A stretch of 39,780 bases of DNA from Bacteroidaceae bacterium (GCA_017450985.1 JAFSSN010000057.1:1-39780); one strand, 5' to 3'. Counted from the stretch's first letter, positions 18,206 to 26,941 are shown. Made by a program: numbers and translations. The notes: a model not told the origin generated them from the sequence alone.

Positions 18206-19309
18206 TTATTTAAGTCCAAGCAGAATCATCTGGCTTGGTGGAAGTGGTGCGTCTGTACGCTTTGCTTCAAATTCAACTTCTTTACCTGCTGCAACAGGGT
18301 TGCTGATGTCCTTAGGACCGGCAAGCAGAACCTGCTGAGATGGCAGCAATGCTGCATCATACTTGATGTCGATAGGCTTCCATTCCTTTGCCGGCTTGGC
18401 TGGAGCCGCACTTGCAGCAGCACCCGCTGCCTTTGGAGCAGCAGCCTTAGGAGCAGCCTTCTCTACCTTCTTGCGCTGAATGCCCTTAGCTGAGAGTGAA
18501 ACGATAGTGCCACGAGGACAAGCGTCGAAACACTGACCGCAGAGCACACAAGTCTCAGGGTTGATGTATGCCACGTTGCCTTCAACATGAACAGCATCGC
18601 TGCCACAGGCAGTCTCACACTTCTTACATGCAATACATGACACAGCACATGCCTTCATGGCCTGAGCTCCCTTATCCTTATTGACACACTCAACGACAAA
18701 AGCGTCCTTGCTGTCGCCGCTCACCGCACGAATCTCGATGATTGAACGTGGACAAGCCTTGGCACATGCGCCACAGGCAGTACACTTTGAGGCATCAACC
18801 TCAGGAAGTCCTGTTTCTGAATTCATCTTGATGGCGCCGAACTGACAAGCAGCAACACAGTCGCCACAGCCCAGACAGCCATAAGCACAGGCTGTATCGC
18901 CCATACATGTGGTATTAGCCACTCTACAACTCTTCACACCGTCGTAGATAAGTGTCTTCGGACGGTTAGCACACGTACCGTTACAGCGTACAACAGCCAA
19001 CTTTGGCGTAGCCGCTCCAACCTCCATGCCAAGAATACCCGCGATGGCCTCCATCGTAGCCTGACCACCCACTGGACAGTTCAAGCCATCAAGCGAACCG
19101 GCGTCGGCAGCCTTCACACAAGCCGCAGCCATACCGCCACAACCAGGGAATCCACATCCGCCACAGTTAGCACCAGGCAACACCTCTGCAACCTGACCGA
19201 TACGCGGGTCTTCCTTAACTGCGAACTTCTTGGACATTGCATAGAGGGCGCCCGCCAAGACGAGACCCAACAAGCCCAATACAGCCACAGCGATTAGAAT
19301 TACGTTCAT
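18206..19309 (-). CDS. rnfB: Rnf complex subunit B (polyferredoxin) with C-terminal extension
   Basis: N-terminal TM segment, CGGCGFPGC, and several CxxCxxCxxxCP ferredoxin motifs. An Ala/Pro/Lys-rich linker plus a terminal segment of about 57 aa follows. Confidence 0.9.
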   Translation of the reverse strand: MNVILIAVAVLGLLGLVLAGALYAMSKKFAVKEDPRIGQVAEVLPGANCGGCGFPGCGGMAAACVKAADAGSLDGLNCPVGGQATMEAIAGILGMEVGAATPKLAVVRCNGTCANRPKTLIYDGVKSCRVANTTCMGDTACAYGCLGCGDCVAACQFGAIKMNSETGLPEVDASKCTACGACAKACPRSIIEIRAVSGDSKDAFVVECVNKDKGAQAMKACAVSCIACKKCETACGSDAVHVEGNVAYINPETCVLCGQCFDACPRGTIVSLSAKGIQRKKVEKAAPKAAAPKAAGAAASAAPAKPAKEWKPIDIKYDAALLPSQQVLLAGPKDISNPVAAGKEVEFEAKRTDAPLPPSQMILLGLK

Positions 19310-19481
19310 AAGCTTTCTATTATTTTTATTTTATTATAATGTTACACAAATTATCCAAATCTTCATATTGAGGGGTGTGCACCACACGCTTAAAAACAGG
19401 CATTGACGATTCATTAATTGGTGTTTCAAAGATGAGCAATTCACATTTCCAGCATCACCGCTACATCCGCCTCCTCACATA

Positions 19482-19919
19482 TCAATACGCCACGTGCTCC
19501 TTCGGACGCTCTATCCACATCACGAACTTGCGCTCTATCTTGTCACGAACCATATACATGGCTGCGAAATAGCATCCCGCCACGGCAAAGGCCGCAAGCA
19601 CCGACACACCGTCGGAACATCCCAACGCAAGCTTCGAAACCAACAGAGCGATCACAATCAGCACAGTAGGCACGCCGAAAGCCTGCCACACAGCCCTTCG
19701 ACCCATGGAAAGCGTACCGCACACATTCACGGCCTCGCCAACCTTCCAACGTTCGGAATTGTCGTCATACACATCCACGAACTTTTCCTTAGTCTCCGAC
19801 TGACTGCACAGCGACTTAGCCTTACAACCGGCACAAGCGGCAACCTGCACAATGCGAACACGCACACGACTGCCATCTATCTCATAAATTTCTCCGCTAT
19901 GCTCAATAATATCATTCAT
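19482..19919 (-). CDS. rseC: RseC/MucC-family (SoxR-reducing system) membrane protein
   Basis: The start is trimmed to MNDIIEHSGEIY. It has a CAGCKAKSLC motif followed by two TM helices, and sits immediately upstream of rnfB. Confidence 0.8.
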   Translation of the reverse strand: MNDIIEHSGEIYEIDGSRVRVRIVQVAACAGCKAKSLCSQSETKEKFVDVYDDNSERWKVGEAVNVCGTLSMGRRAVWQAFGVPTVLIVIALLVSKLALGCSDGVSVLAAFAVAGCYFAAMYMVRDKIERKFVMWIERPKEHVAY

Positions 19920-19961
19920 TACTTTCCCTGGTTTTGCAATGTCATTATTGCAAATAACATG

Positions 19962-19969
19962 CAAATGTA
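19962..19969 (-). promoter_or_regulatory. Candidate -7 box for the rseC-rnf operon
   Basis: CAAAtgTA on the + strand equals TAcaTTTG on the minus strand. It overlaps the longer ORF-track start (19964), which supports the start at 19919. Confidence 0.45.
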
Positions 19970-20064
19970 AGATAATTTAACTGAACAAAGACACTTAAAC
20001 ATAAAAAAAAGACACATAAAACAACACTTTTGACGGAAAAACTGCTTTTGGCAAAAAAAAGCCG

Positions 20065-20072
20065 TACCTTTG
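20065..20072 (+). promoter_or_regulatory. Candidate -7 box (TAccTTTG) for rpsP
   Basis: Matches the TAnnTTTG consensus 70 nt upstream of ATG 20142, with a TTTG upstream at 20047-20050. Confidence 0.5.
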
Positions 20073-20141
20073 CAACGTCGTTACGAGTTAGCGACATTTC
20101 AAATCATTTTTTTACAACTAATAAATTACTATTTTTAACAA

Positions 20142-20594
20142 ATGGCAACTAAAATTAGATTGCAGCGTCACGGTCGCAAGAACTACGCTTTCTATTCAAT
20201 CGTGATTGCTAATGCAGACGCACCACGTGATGGTCGCTTTATTGAGAAGATTGGTACATACAATCCAAACACAAATCCTGCAACTGTTGATTTGAACTTT
20301 GAACGTGCTCTCCATTGGGTACTTGTAGGTGCACAGCCAACAGACACAGTACGCAACATTCTCTCAGACGAGGGTGTATATCTTAAGAAGCACCTCCTCG
20401 GTGGTGTTAAGAAGGGCGCATTCGACGAGGCTAAGGCTGAAGAGAAGTTCGCTGCCTGGAAGAAGGAGAAGGCTAACAAGGCTCTCGCTATCGCTGACAA
20501 GAAGGCTGCTGACAAGAAGGCTGACGCCGCTGCACGTCTCGAGGCTGAGAAGAAGGTAAACGCTGCCGTAGCCGCTAAGGTTGCGGAGAAGTAG
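20142..20594 (+). CDS. rpsP: 30S ribosomal protein S16 with Ala/Lys/Glu-rich C-terminal extension
   Basis: [21 protein letters not shown]...GTYNP is the canonical S16 core. The ORF ends at TAG 20592. The same frame stays open for 27 more Ala/Glu-rich codons to TAA 20676-20678. Confidence 0.93.
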   Translation: MATKIRLQRHGRKNYAFYSIVIANADAPRDGRFIEKIGTYNPNTNPATVDLNFERALHWVLVGAQPTDTVRNILSDEGVYLKKHLLGGVKKGAFDEAKAEEKFAAWKKEKANKALAIADKKAADKKADAAARLEAEKKVNAAVAAKVAEK

Positions 20595-20740
20595 GCTGCC
20601 GCTGCTGCCGCTAAGGCTGAGGCTGAGGCTGCCGCTGCAGCAGAGACTGCAACTGAGGAAGCACCAGCAGAGGCTTAATCAGGCACAAGGTAGAATGTAA
20701 CTATGAGACCCAGCGTCTCACTCTTACAAGATACGGAAAT

Positions 20741-20776
20741 AAGGGGAGGTTCTGTGGAGAGACCTTCCCTTTTTTA
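20741..20776 (+). terminator. Probable rpsP terminator
   Basis: Stem aaggggaggt / accttccctt (one G-U pair), 11-nt loop, then TTTTT. It lies downstream of both the TAG and the TAA. Confidence 0.5.
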
Positions 20777-20985
20777 TGACAAAGCAAACCTACGACACAC
20801 GCACAAGCACACGGCGAAGTATGAAAACCACACAAAAATGGCGTGCCACGTACTACTACATAACACGCCAATAAATATATGGTGGTAACATCATTTTCAA
20901 AGCGTTAGCCCTCCCGACAGCAACGGGGAGCGACAACGATGAAACACACGTTTGCGGCAAGTCCGAACCGGCCCAAATATAATAT

Positions 20986-21125
20986 TTCTACGGAAATCCT
21001 ACGGTAATTTTACGGTAATTCTACGGATTTCTACGGATAAAACCCGTAGAACACTCGGAGAACACCTGAAGAAAATGCGTAGAACACTCAGAGAATGTTC
21101 GGAGCAGAGTCGAAGCAGACTCGGG
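20986..21125. repeat. Dispersed iteron element, copy B
   Basis: Five TTCTACGG-like units at 10-11 bp spacing, then CCGTAGAACACTCGGAG, GCGTAGAACACTCAGAG and CGGAGCAGA. It shares an exact 22-mer (aaaacccgtagaacactcggag) with copy C. Confidence 0.85.
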
Positions 21126-21205
21126 AAAATACACACAAAAGTCAAAAACAAGCCTGTGGCAATTGCCGTCCGGCTACTGGCTTGAGAGCAAGCAGGCTGG
21201 AGTTG

Positions 21206-22030
21206 TTACAATATTGGACGGAGCAATTCTGCCATCTGGCAAGCCACCTTCTTAGCCTCCTCACCTGCTACGCGGGCAAAGTTTTCTGTCTTGTCGGCAT
21301 AGATGATTGCTCGGCTTGAGTTGACGATAAGTCCGCAATCCTTGTTCATTCCATATCGGCACACGTCCTCAAGGCTACCGCCCTGCGCACCAATACCCGG
21401 AACGAGGAGGAAATGGTCTGGCACAATCTTACGAATGTCCTCGAACATCTTACCCTGAGTGGCTCCGACAACATACATCATGTTGTCCTTGTTGCCCCAC
21501 TCTTGACTCTTACGAAGCACCTTCTCGAACAAACGCTCTCCATCCTTGTCCTCCGTAAGCTGGAAGTCGTGGCTTCCCTTGTTTGAAGTAAGTGCAAGAA
21601 GGATGACCCACTTGCCCTCATACTGAAGGAATGGGCTTACGCTGTCCTCGCCCATATAAGGAGCGACTGTAAGCGAGTCAAGCTTAATCTCCTCAAAGAA
21701 AGTACGTGCATACATGGCACTGGTGTTGCCTATGTCGCCGCGCTTGGCATCGGCAATGATGAAGTGGTTAGGATACTTCTCGTTGAGATAGGCAATAGTC
21801 TTCTCGAACGAAATCCATCCCTTCACACCCATGCTCTCATAGAAGGCGAGATTTGGCTTGTAGGCTACGCAATATGGTGCCGTAGCGTCGATGATAGCCT
21901 TGTTGAAAGCAAAGATTGGGTCTTCCTCGCCCAACAGATGCTCAGGTATCTTCTTGATGTCGGTGTCAAGTCCGACGCAAAGGAATGTCTTCTTTTCCTT
22001 GATTTGATTGATAAGTTCTTGACGTGTCAT
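21206..22030 (-). CDS. pyrF: Orotidine-5'-phosphate decarboxylase (type 2)
   Basis: 274 aa. [22 protein letters not shown] and [11 protein letters not shown]. Confidence 0.92.
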   Translation of the reverse strand: MTRQELINQIKEKKTFLCVGLDTDIKKIPEHLLGEEDPIFAFNKAIIDATAPYCVAYKPNLAFYESMGVKGWISFEKTIAYLNEKYPNHFIIADAKRGDIGNTSAMYARTFFEEIKLDSLTVAPYMGEDSVSPFLQYEGKWVILLALTSNKGSHDFQLTEDKDGERLFEKVLRKSQEWGNKDNMMYVVGATQGKMFEDIRKIVPDHFLLVPGIGAQGGSLEDVCRYGMNKDCGLIVNSSRAIIYADKTENFARVAGEEAKKVACQMAELLRPIL

Positions 22031-22138
22031 AATATACGTTATTTAATACTATTATTATTTCTTTACACATTCATTTCCTGCTTGCCACACGTTGCGGGAA
22101 GGATCTAAAGCCACTCGCTGCCCGGACATGCATCGACG

Positions 22139-23026
22139 CTACTTGAGCGAGGTACGGAAACGGTCAGCCAACTTGTAGGCAGCATCGACATACGGACTTG
22201 TGCCGGCAAATATCTCGTGTATGTATCCGCGGCATTTGTACTCAGGTTTGTTGAAGACCTGCCATATAGCCACAGGAAAGGCGTCGCGGAAATAGTCATT
22301 GCGCATAGTAAGGTATTCACCGTCGGGCTTGCGTATGAACATCGTGTCGCCCTCAAGTCGGAGCGAGACGGAATACACATCGCCGTAGTCCTTGGTGGCA
22401 TAGCGTCCGTGGCCGCCCAGCCTCTCGCAGTCGTAGCGGAAGTCACCGCCGTCGCGGGTGTTGATAGCCACGTTGTCACGGTAGAACATGACGTGCAGTA
22501 TGTGGGTCCACGTTTCTTCCTTCTTGGCAAACATCACAACGCATGGCGGAACGGCATCCATCGTTGCCTCGTCATCGTCCACCTGCGAGTAGGAGAATGA
22601 CATGCCGATGTAGTTCAACGGTTTCTCCCCAGGAACGTAGATGTAGTAGTTCTTGTTGTTGTACGTCTTGCCGTCCTTGAGTCCCGTGTCGTGTGCGCCT
22701 AATCCTGTCACACGGATGGTATGTCCGCTCTGCGTGGTCATTTGGGAGATGTCGCGTACATCAGCATTCTTGCCGAAGTCGTTATAGATGTTCGTATTGT
22801 CGTCTCGCACGGCAAGCAGTTCGTCCACACCAGCAATGTAGGCAGAGTACTTCCCTGCCTTTGCCTTCTCAAGCTCGTCGGAAGACATGAGCGGAAAAGT
22901 GACGGAATCGACATCCTCGACGGGGAAAGTTACTATGTTTCCACGAGTATGGATATTGACCTGCTGCTGCGCTCCGGCATGAGACGCACACACGACAGAA
23001 AGTAATAAAGACGTTAGTAGTCGCAT
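22139..23026 (-). CDS. Secreted hypothetical protein
   Basis: 295 aa. Signal peptide MRLLTSLLLSVVCASHAGAQ. I recognise no family motif. Confidence 0.65.
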   Translation of the reverse strand: MRLLTSLLLSVVCASHAGAQQQVNIHTRGNIVTFPVEDVDSVTFPLMSSDELEKAKAGKYSAYIAGVDELLAVRDDNTNIYNDFGKNADVRDISQMTTQSGHTIRVTGLGAHDTGLKDGKTYNNKNYYIYVPGEKPLNYIGMSFSYSQVDDDEATMDAVPPCVVMFAKKEETWTHILHVMFYRDNVAINTRDGGDFRYDCERLGGHGRYATKDYGDVYSVSLRLEGDTMFIRKPDGEYLTMRNDYFRDAFPVAIWQVFNKPEYKCRGYIHEIFAGTSPYVDAAYKLADRFRTSLK

Positions 23027-23152
23027 TGCTGTAATTATCTATTAGTGTGACATGTGAGTAAAACGGCTTGCACAGGCATCGTGGAGACGCCACGCAAACG
23101 GACATAAAAATCTCCCATGCCCTGACATGAGAGCATGGGAGACTTCACGAAA

Positions 23153-24217
23153 TCACTCGGCAGAGAACTGCTTGATGCGCTGTTCTTCTTCGAGCTTGCA
23201 TATAAGTAATGTATTGTCCTTCTCTGCCACGATGTAGTTTTCCAGTCCCTGGATAACCACCTTGCGCTCTTCCGTAGTGTGGACAACACAGTTCTTTGTC
23301 TCATAGAGATGTATGTTCTGACCGATAGTATTGTTACCGTCCTTGTCGGCCTTTGCGATAGTGTGGAGAGAGCCCCATGTGCCTACGTCGCTCCATCCGA
23401 AGTCGGCAGGGAACACGAATATCTCGTCGGCCTTCTCCATGACAGCATAGTCAATGGAAATGTTCTCGCACTTAGGGAATCGCTCGTTAATGGTTGCCTG
23501 TTCCTTGTCTGTGCCATATACAGGAAGCATGTCCTCGAATATTTGCGACAGCTCTGGCTGATATACGCGGAGGGCGTTGACGATGGTCTTGACGCTCCAG
23601 ATGAATATACCTGAATTCCAGAAGAACTCCGGTTCGCGTACATACTTGGTTGCTGTGGCGAGGTCTGGCTTCTCGCGGAACGAGTCAACACGGAATATCT
23701 CTTTGTTCACGAGCGAAGGCTCCTGAAGGTCGGCGCGTATGTAGCCGTAGCCTGTCTCAGGGCGTGTAGGGTGCATACCGAGTGTTACGATAGCGTCGGT
23801 CTCCGCTGTAAACTTCAGTGCAGACGAGATGACGCGCTGGAACTCTACCACGTCTGTAACCAAATGGTCGCTCGGAGTAATTACGAGATTTGCATTAGGA
23901 TTCTTTGCCTTGATGCGCCAGCTGACGTATGCGATGCATGGAGCTGTATTGCGGCGACAAGGTTCAAGAAGTATGTTACCTACAGGAATGTCGGGCAACT
24001 GCTGCTGAACGAGATCGGCATACTTTTCACTTGTCACGACCCAAACGTTCTCGGGTGCGACCACACCTTTAAATCGGTCGTAAGTCATCTGCAGGAACGT
24101 GCGTCCTGTTCCAAACACATCAATAAACTGCTTTGGACATTCTGGGGTACTCATAGGCCAGAAACGGCTACCAACTCCGCCCGCCATTATCACAAGATTG
24201 TTATCAACTTTACTCAT
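23153..24217 (-). CDS. Mannose-1-phosphate guanylyltransferase (nucleotidyltransferase family)
   Basis: The start is trimmed to MSKVDNNLVIMAGGVGSRFWPMS (GxGxR nucleotide-binding loop). It contains LEPCRRNTAP. Confidence 0.87.
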   Translation of the reverse strand: MSKVDNNLVIMAGGVGSRFWPMSTPECPKQFIDVFGTGRTFLQMTYDRFKGVVAPENVWVVTSEKYADLVQQQLPDIPVGNILLEPCRRNTAPCIAYVSWRIKAKNPNANLVITPSDHLVTDVVEFQRVISSALKFTAETDAIVTLGMHPTRPETGYGYIRADLQEPSLVNKEIFRVDSFREKPDLATATKYVREPEFFWNSGIFIWSVKTIVNALRVYQPELSQIFEDMLPVYGTDKEQATINERFPKCENISIDYAVMEKADEIFVFPADFGWSDVGTWGSLHTIAKADKDGNNTIGQNIHLYETKNCVVHTTEERKVVIQGLENYIVAEKDNTLLICKLEEEQRIKQFSAE

Positions 24218-24290
24218 AAAAACTATCCTGAAGCTAAATTCTTGCAAGCCAACGTACGCGGCTTACACGTCCTAATATCTTTTCTTTGCG

Positions 24291-24298
24291 CAAATATA
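24291..24298 (-). promoter_or_regulatory. Candidate -7 box for the guanylyltransferase gene
   Basis: CAAAtaTA on the + strand equals TAtaTTTG on the minus strand, 74 nt upstream of the start at 24217. Confidence 0.45.
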
Positions 24299-24374
24299 AT
24301 TACTTTTTCACAATTAATCTACGTAGAAAAGAAAAAAAAAGTAAGTTGGCATGCGTAAACAAATTTATATTTAT

Positions 24375-24382
24375 TATTTTTG
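24375..24382 (+). promoter_or_regulatory. Candidate -7 box (TAttTTTG) for the BadF-type kinase gene
   Basis: Lies 22 nt upstream of ATG 24405 and inside the longer ORF-track start at 24351. Confidence 0.45.
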
Positions 24383-24404
24383 CCTCCGGATAAACAGAAA
24401 ATGT

Positions 24405-25253
24405 ATGATTTTAATTGCAGACAGCGGTTCGACGAAAACGGCATGGTGCGTCTTTGACAAAGACACACGGGATGTCGTGAACACTCAGGGAATCAACCCT
24501 TATCAACAGACAGAGCAACAGATTACGCACATTCTTCACTCGGAATTGGGCAACGCACTCCCCAAAGACACGAGCATAAGCCACGTGTACTTCTACGGGG
24601 CAGGCTGCACGGCAGAAAAGAGTCCGGTTGTGCAGAGAGCGATACGAAGCCTCATACCGGAGGCAGCAATATCAGTGGGGAGCGACATGCTGGGTGCTGC
24701 GCGCTCACTATGCGGCGACGAGGCTGGCATAGTCGGCATACTCGGAACGGGCGCAAACTCATGCTTTTACGACGGTAAGGACATCATAAGAAACGTTTCG
24801 CCGCTCGGATTCATCCTCGGCGACGAAGGCAGTGGCGGCTACATAGGCAAGCGCCTCGTGGGAGACTGCTTCAAGGGACAGCTGACCGAAGGCATAAAGG
24901 AGATGTTTCTGGAGGAAACGCACGAAACGGCAGCAACCATAATCCAGAAGGTCTATCGTGAACCTCTGCCTAACCGCTTTCTCGCAAGCCTCTCCCCTTT
25001 CTGCGCACGCCATCGCGACGAACCGAGCATCCACGCCTTGCTCATAGACTGTTTCCAACAGTTCTTCATTCGCAACATCTACGCCTACGACGATATTAAC
25101 CCTACGCTCCGTACCGTCAACTTCGTCGGCAGCATAGCGAAAGTGTACGAGGAGGAACTGACCGAAGCCGCCAACTCTTTAGGCTACGACATAGGGAAAA
25201 TCATTCAAGTACCGCTCGAAGGGCTGGTGAAATATCACGAGAGGGCATTATAG
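24405..25253 (+). CDS. BadF/BadG/BcrA/BcrD-type ATPase (N-acetylglucosamine kinase-like)
   Basis: MILIADSGSTKTAW, GILGTGANS and ILGDEGSGGYIG are the ASKHA phosphate motifs. Confidence 0.85.
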   Translation: MILIADSGSTKTAWCVFDKDTRDVVNTQGINPYQQTEQQITHILHSELGNALPKDTSISHVYFYGAGCTAEKSPVVQRAIRSLIPEAAISVGSDMLGAARSLCGDEAGIVGILGTGANSCFYDGKDIIRNVSPLGFILGDEGSGGYIGKRLVGDCFKGQLTEGIKEMFLEETHETAATIIQKVYREPLPNRFLASLSPFCARHRDEPSIHALLIDCFQQFFIRNIYAYDDINPTLRTVNFVGSIAKVYEEELTEAANSLGYDIGKIIQVPLEGLVKYHERAL

Positions 25254-25281
25254 GCTCAAGCGACCACCCTATTCTGTGCAG

Positions 25282-25445
25282 TTACCTTTTGAAAGTTATT
25301 TTGGTTTTGCACCGTCATTATCCGAAAGCCACTTCGGTTATGCACCGATTTCACTCGGAAGTTCACCTTGTTCCACGCCGGCATAACTCGAAAGCAATTC
25401 TGTTATGGGGCCATCGTCATTCGAGAGTCATCCGTGCTTCGTTCG
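25282..25445. repeat. Degenerate 33-bp tandem repeat (at least 5 units, decaying rightward)
   Basis: Units start at 25282, 25315, 25348, 25381 and about 25413. The shared core is CGAAAG-N8-GTTatGCACCG. Confidence 0.6.
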
Positions 25446-25854
25446 AAGTTTCAGCAATTCCAAGGCCGATAATTGTGCAAGAGTACCCCAACATTCCACG
25501 AAACAGTCATCGTTCCATGTCAAGCGAGCATCAACGGTCATCACGGAAAAGGATGCACACAAGACAATATAACATTATCACCCGTTCCGACTCTGCCGCA
25601 CTCAAATATCGTCAGACTCAGCATACGGCATCAAAAGAGAGTCGGCTTGACACCAAGGCTGCGACGCATTGATGCGACAACGCTCGAAAAGATGATGCAA
25701 GAGGAAACAAAAATAAAACCAAGACGATAGAGCATAGATGCGACGGCACATAAAAAGAAGGCACAAGAGGATACAAACTTAAAGCTAAGACGATACAGTA
25801 TTCACACGACGGTGCATGAGAATAAGATATATGAGAAAACAAATACAAAACCAA

Positions 25855-25892
25855 GTCGGGGGCTGAAGAATATTGCTTCTTCTGCCCCCGAC
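25855..25892 (-). terminator. Terminator of hslR
   Basis: 16-bp stem gtcgggggctgaagaa / ttcttctgcccccgac (one mismatch), 6-nt loop. The minus strand is followed by ttggttttg. Confidence 0.75.
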
Positions 25893-25906
25893 TGTTATCT
25901 TATATG

Positions 25907-26368
25907 CTAAAACTTCTCAAAGTCCCCATCATCAAAGCCGTCGTCTTCATCGTCCTCATCATCAGCGAAATCGTAGTCGAAGTCACCGAAGAATGCAGGT
26001 TCTATAAACTCGTCAAGTTCACGGCGTTCCTTCTTAGTCGGACGTCCAGTACCTCGAGCACGACCCACGAAACCGCTTATACGATTCATCTCCAACAGTT
26101 CAAGCTGCTTTGGAGACGTCACATTCTCCAGCACCTCAGGAACGAGCTTTGCCCCGACACGATTCTGTACGGCCTTCAGCACCTTGAAGGAATAGACAAT
26201 AGGTCCCTTCTTCACATCGATGACCTCACCCTCCTTCACCATCTTAGAAGGCTTCTGCTTCACACCACCGATCATGACACGTCCGTTCTTGCAGGCATCC
26301 GCCGCCAGCGTACGCGTCTTGTATATGCGTGCCGACCACAGCCACTTATCTATACGCGCTTCTGCCAT
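25907..26368 (-). CDS. hslR: S4-domain RNA-binding protein (Hsp15-like ribosome-recycling factor) with acidic tail
   Basis: RIDKWLWSARIYKTRTLAADACKNGRVMIGG is an S4 domain. The C-terminus is FGDFDYDFADDEDDEDDGFDDGDFEKF. Confidence 0.85.
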   Translation of the reverse strand: MAEARIDKWLWSARIYKTRTLAADACKNGRVMIGGVKQKPSKMVKEGEVIDVKKGPIVYSFKVLKAVQNRVGAKLVPEVLENVTSPKQLELLEMNRISGFVGRARGTGRPTKKERRELDEFIEPAFFGDFDYDFADDEDDEDDGFDDGDFEKF

Positions 26369-26377
26369 AAGCCTCTC

Positions 26378-26941
26378 CTATTTCTTATTAAACTGATTCA
26401 TGGTGATGTCAAGCCCTGCAAGGCAGAATGACTTAATCATTTCGCCGACATACTCAACCTTCTCGTCGATTATCTTATTGTCCTCGTCGGAGAACTGCCC
26501 AAGCACAAAGTCAACCTGTCCTCCTTTATGGAAGTCGTTGCCAATGCCAAACTTAATACGTGCATAAGTCTGAGTGCCGAGCAACTGCTCAATATTCTTC
26601 AAACCGTTATGTCCGCCAGCACTACCATTTCCGCGCATACGTATCTTGCCGACAGGAAGCGAGAGGTCATCAACTATGACGAGCACGTTCTCAAGCGGAA
26701 TCTTCTCCTGCTGCATCCAGTAACGTACTGCCTGGCCGGAAAGGTTCATGTAAGTGGAAGGCTTCAACAGAGTCAGCTCCGCGTTCTTCACCCTGCAATG
26801 AGCAATAGCGCCATAACGCTTATCCTGCCATTCCACGCCCTGAGCCTTGGCAAATGCATCCACGTTTCTGAAGCCAATATTATGGCGCGTGCCCACGTAC
26901 TCGTCGCCGATATTTCCCAAACCTACAATCAGATATTTCAT
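26378..26941 (-). CDS. pth: Peptidyl-tRNA hydrolase
   Basis: The start is trimmed to [24 protein letters not shown] (canonical Pth N-terminus). It contains GGHNGLKN. Confidence 0.93.
   Translation of the reverse strand: MKYLIVGLGNIGDEYVGTRHNIGFRNVDAFAKAQGVEWQDKRYGAIAHCRVKNAELTLLKPSTYMNLSGQAVRYWMQQEKIPLENVLVIVDDLSLPVGKIRMRGNGSAGGHNGLKNIEQLLGTQTYARIKFGIGNDFHKGGQVDFVLGQFSDEDNKIIDEKVEYVGEMIKSFCLAGLDITMNQFNKK

Noticed and set aside
22105-22530. The 141-aa ORF overlapping the 3' half of the secreted-protein gene on the same strand in another frame
   Set aside because: Its Arg/Thr/Ser/Ala-rich composition and complete overlap with a better ORF mark it as an alternative-frame artefact.
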